DNA of 20,000 nt from Sarea resinae (taxonomy: Eukaryota). Where the stretch lies: contig JAPEUD010000067.1 in assembly GCA_026026165.1 (NCBI GenBank), positions 117,533-137,532 on the forward strand, written 5' to 3'. The first letter of the stretch is position 1; every line of letters starts with the position of its first letter. Positions 17,931-20,000 of this stretch are shown in pieces. A program made the position numbers and the translations under genes. Below the pieces are notes generated by a model, which saw nothing but the letters and a program-made list of their open reading frames with translations, was not told the DNA's origin and did not search any database.

Positions 17931-19873
17931 TCTTAGGCGCTATTTAATACTGCTAAAGACTATAAACTAGTGCAGTAGTTTCTATAGAATAATATTACCT
18001 TAACTATAATTAATAAGTTCTTTAATAACAATATTATAAGATAGGACTACTCTAGTTTCTAATCTGTATATACTCTGCATTAAAAATTAGATAGGATATT
18101 AACTATACCTAGAACGCTAGGTAGAGAATAGGAAGAAATATCTTTCTTAGAGTATTATAATAAGAAGATACAGATATATTTTAAAGATCTCTTAAGATAT
18201 ATTTTGTTTCTACTTAGACACCTACAGTTTAAAGAGGCGCTTGTATATTTGCCTATAAAATTATATAGAGAATAGAATACTTAACTATACTTAGATATAT
18301 ATACTAAGAATTAGTAGTAGCAGACTTAGGTATATAAATCACACTTATTTAGTATTAGATATAGTGCTAACTATCTACTAGAATACACTGCCTAAAAACT
18401 TAACACTAGTCCTAGTAATCTATATATCTAATAAAACTTATCTAACTAATTTCTTAGGCGATAAGCATATATAGCTAATATATCTTATAATTAGTAACTT
18501 GCTAAGCACGCTTTAAGCTAAACCTTTATTATAAGCGACTATTCTTTTAGGTCTCCTACTAGTTTATCTAAAGCAAATTAAAGCAAATAACATTTAAGAG
18601 CAGAATTATTATTATTAACTATACTATAATAGACTAGATTAGGCTCTTTAGACACTTAGAAAGCTAGAAGAGAATAGTATATAGATACTATATATAGATA
18701 GTTATACTTAGAATTGTTTTCTACAGCTTACTAAGTAGGTAGCTAACTATAAAGAGGTTATTACAATATGTAGTATTATATAAGGCTACTATCTAGTATA
18801 TAAATGTCTATAGGCTAACCTTAGTTATTATCTAGAAGATAATAACTAGATAGTAAGAGATTTAGCAAACTACTAGCAACTTCTAAAAGAGAGTAATATA
18901 TAAACGCTAGAGTAGAAAGGTGTTAGAAAGACATTTAATAGCCTCTAGTTTCTGCTAGGTATTAACATCTACAATCTGCTAAAACTAGATCTACTGTATT
19001 AAGTTTATATAGGTATACTATAGCACTTTCTAAACTAGCTAGCAGCATTCCTACTTCTACATAAATAACTAAACACTTTTAACTCTCTATAGACTGTAAT
19101 ACTAGTGTATCTAATTTTTAGTCTGCTAACTAAGACCTATCTCTAGATATTATAGTAGTAAGAGAAGGAAATACAGAATATAGTGAAATTCCTAGTCCTT
19201 ATTATAGCTATATTATTAGCAAATCTATTTATATAACAGCACTAGGATTTTAAGCAAGCAATAATATATATACAGTCCTTTATTAACTTTATCTTCTTTG
19301 TATAACTATATACTTATAACAATAAAACTCTTTAGTGTATAGACCTTCTACTAGATATCTTCTATAAACATAAAGCTATTTTCTAGAGATTTTATACTAA
19401 TAAAAGAACAGTAGCTATAGCGCGCTTAGTATCTTAAACAGCATATGCTATAGCATTATAAAGAGCTTTATAAAGAGCTTCTTAGCTAACAGCTAATAGA
19501 AAGCAAAAGCAGAAACATAGTGCATATTCTAATAAGGGTTAGAGAAGAGAAGATAGTATATAGTAGGCAAAGGATTGTGTAAAAGAAGAGGCTCTAAAAG
19601 CAGGTGCATATTTTAACTTCCTTAAGATATATATTATTAGTCACTATATATCTATAATCAGATAATTTAGGTCTTTTTATAGCTTCTTTACTAACTGTTT
19701 AGAGGCTCTCTACTAAACAACAGTAAAGTTAGGCTAGTAAGCATTAAATTATTAACATACTACTCTATAGATATTAAAATACTATAACTAACATTTCTAT
19801 TTTAAGGCGTGTGAGATAGCTATAGAGAGGCTATTATCTTCTAATATAGTACAGATATTAAATACTAGATTAC
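17931..19873 (+). pseudogene. RIP-inactivated Plavaka-type transposase (5' end not defined; 3' end cut by an insertion)
   Basis: Colinear motifs, de-RIPed in brackets: S*ALFNTAKDYKLVQ*F [xWAPF...LxQWF] at 17931; LYLDIYTKN***QT* [LYSDMHTxDWWWQTQ] with TAGTAGTAG at 18312-18320; SNKTYLTNFLGDKHI*LIYLIISNL [SDKTHLTNFSGDKxxWPIYLTIGNL] from 18427; YIDSYT*NCFL [CxDGxTRxCFP]; *VANYKE [WVADYxE]; LDLLY* [PDLLHQ]; ***EKE [QWQGKE]; YFNFLKIYIISHY [HFNFPKMHxxSHY] at ~19610-19647; EALY [ExLH]. One frame is maintained on each side of a single intron. Confidence 0.88.
18330..18381 (+). other. Relic 52-nt spliceosomal intron in Plavaka transposase
   Basis: GTATAT (probably GTATGT before RIP)...GCTAAC (18366-18371)...TAG. 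Removing exactly these 52 nt restores the reading frame between the WWW and SDKT motifs. Confidence 0.82.
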
Positions 19874-20000
19874 TGTGAGGGCCACTACCGATAGGGGTGC
19901 CGTATGCGGCTCGGCGCAGCGCAGGGTAACCACCTGGTGTGGTTCGGCAACGTTCGGGTAAGCCGAGCGGGGTCATCAGTTATATAGATCAATAGGGGCG
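19874..20000. mobile_element. Start of a second, un-RIPed insertion, probably an LTR of a different retrotransposon family
   Basis: Abrupt switch to GC/CpG-rich sequence beginning TGTGAGGG (an LTR-like TG start), with TATATA at 19981. There is no similarity to the 144-bp LTR, and it interrupts the Plavaka frame. Confidence 0.6.

Larger units (their letters stand above)
15055..19873. other. RIP-degenerated AT-rich DNA (right flank)
   Basis: Same TpA-rich, CCA/TGG-depleted signature as the left flank. Removing the retroelement and one TSD copy rejoins the flanks as ...GATAGA-GTCTT-ATAATAG... Confidence 0.93.

Overview
Fungal (probably ascomycete) heterochromatin-like DNA with three layers. (1) The AT/TpA-rich background (1-6536, 15055-19873) is heavily mutated by repeat-induced point mutation (RIP). 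Reading stop codons back as their pre-RIP codons reveals an intron-containing SWI2/SNF2 ATPase pseudogene on the minus strand (~1290-4130) and an intron-containing Plavaka-type transposase pseudogene on the plus strand (~17931-19873). These may belong to one large cargo-carrying DNA transposon. (2) A fully intact, un-RIPed 8518-bp Ty3/Gypsy chromovirus (6537-15054) is inserted into this background. It has identical 144-bp LTRs, a GTCTT target-site duplication, a tRNA-like PBS, a single 2094-aa Gag-Pol ORF, and an unexplained extra ~435-aa sense ORF with a Cys4 motif between pol and the 3' LTR. (3) A second, different un-RIPed insertion, probably an LTR, starts at 19874, interrupts the Plavaka gene and runs off the window. 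All family assignments come from motifs recognised by eye; no database searches were run.
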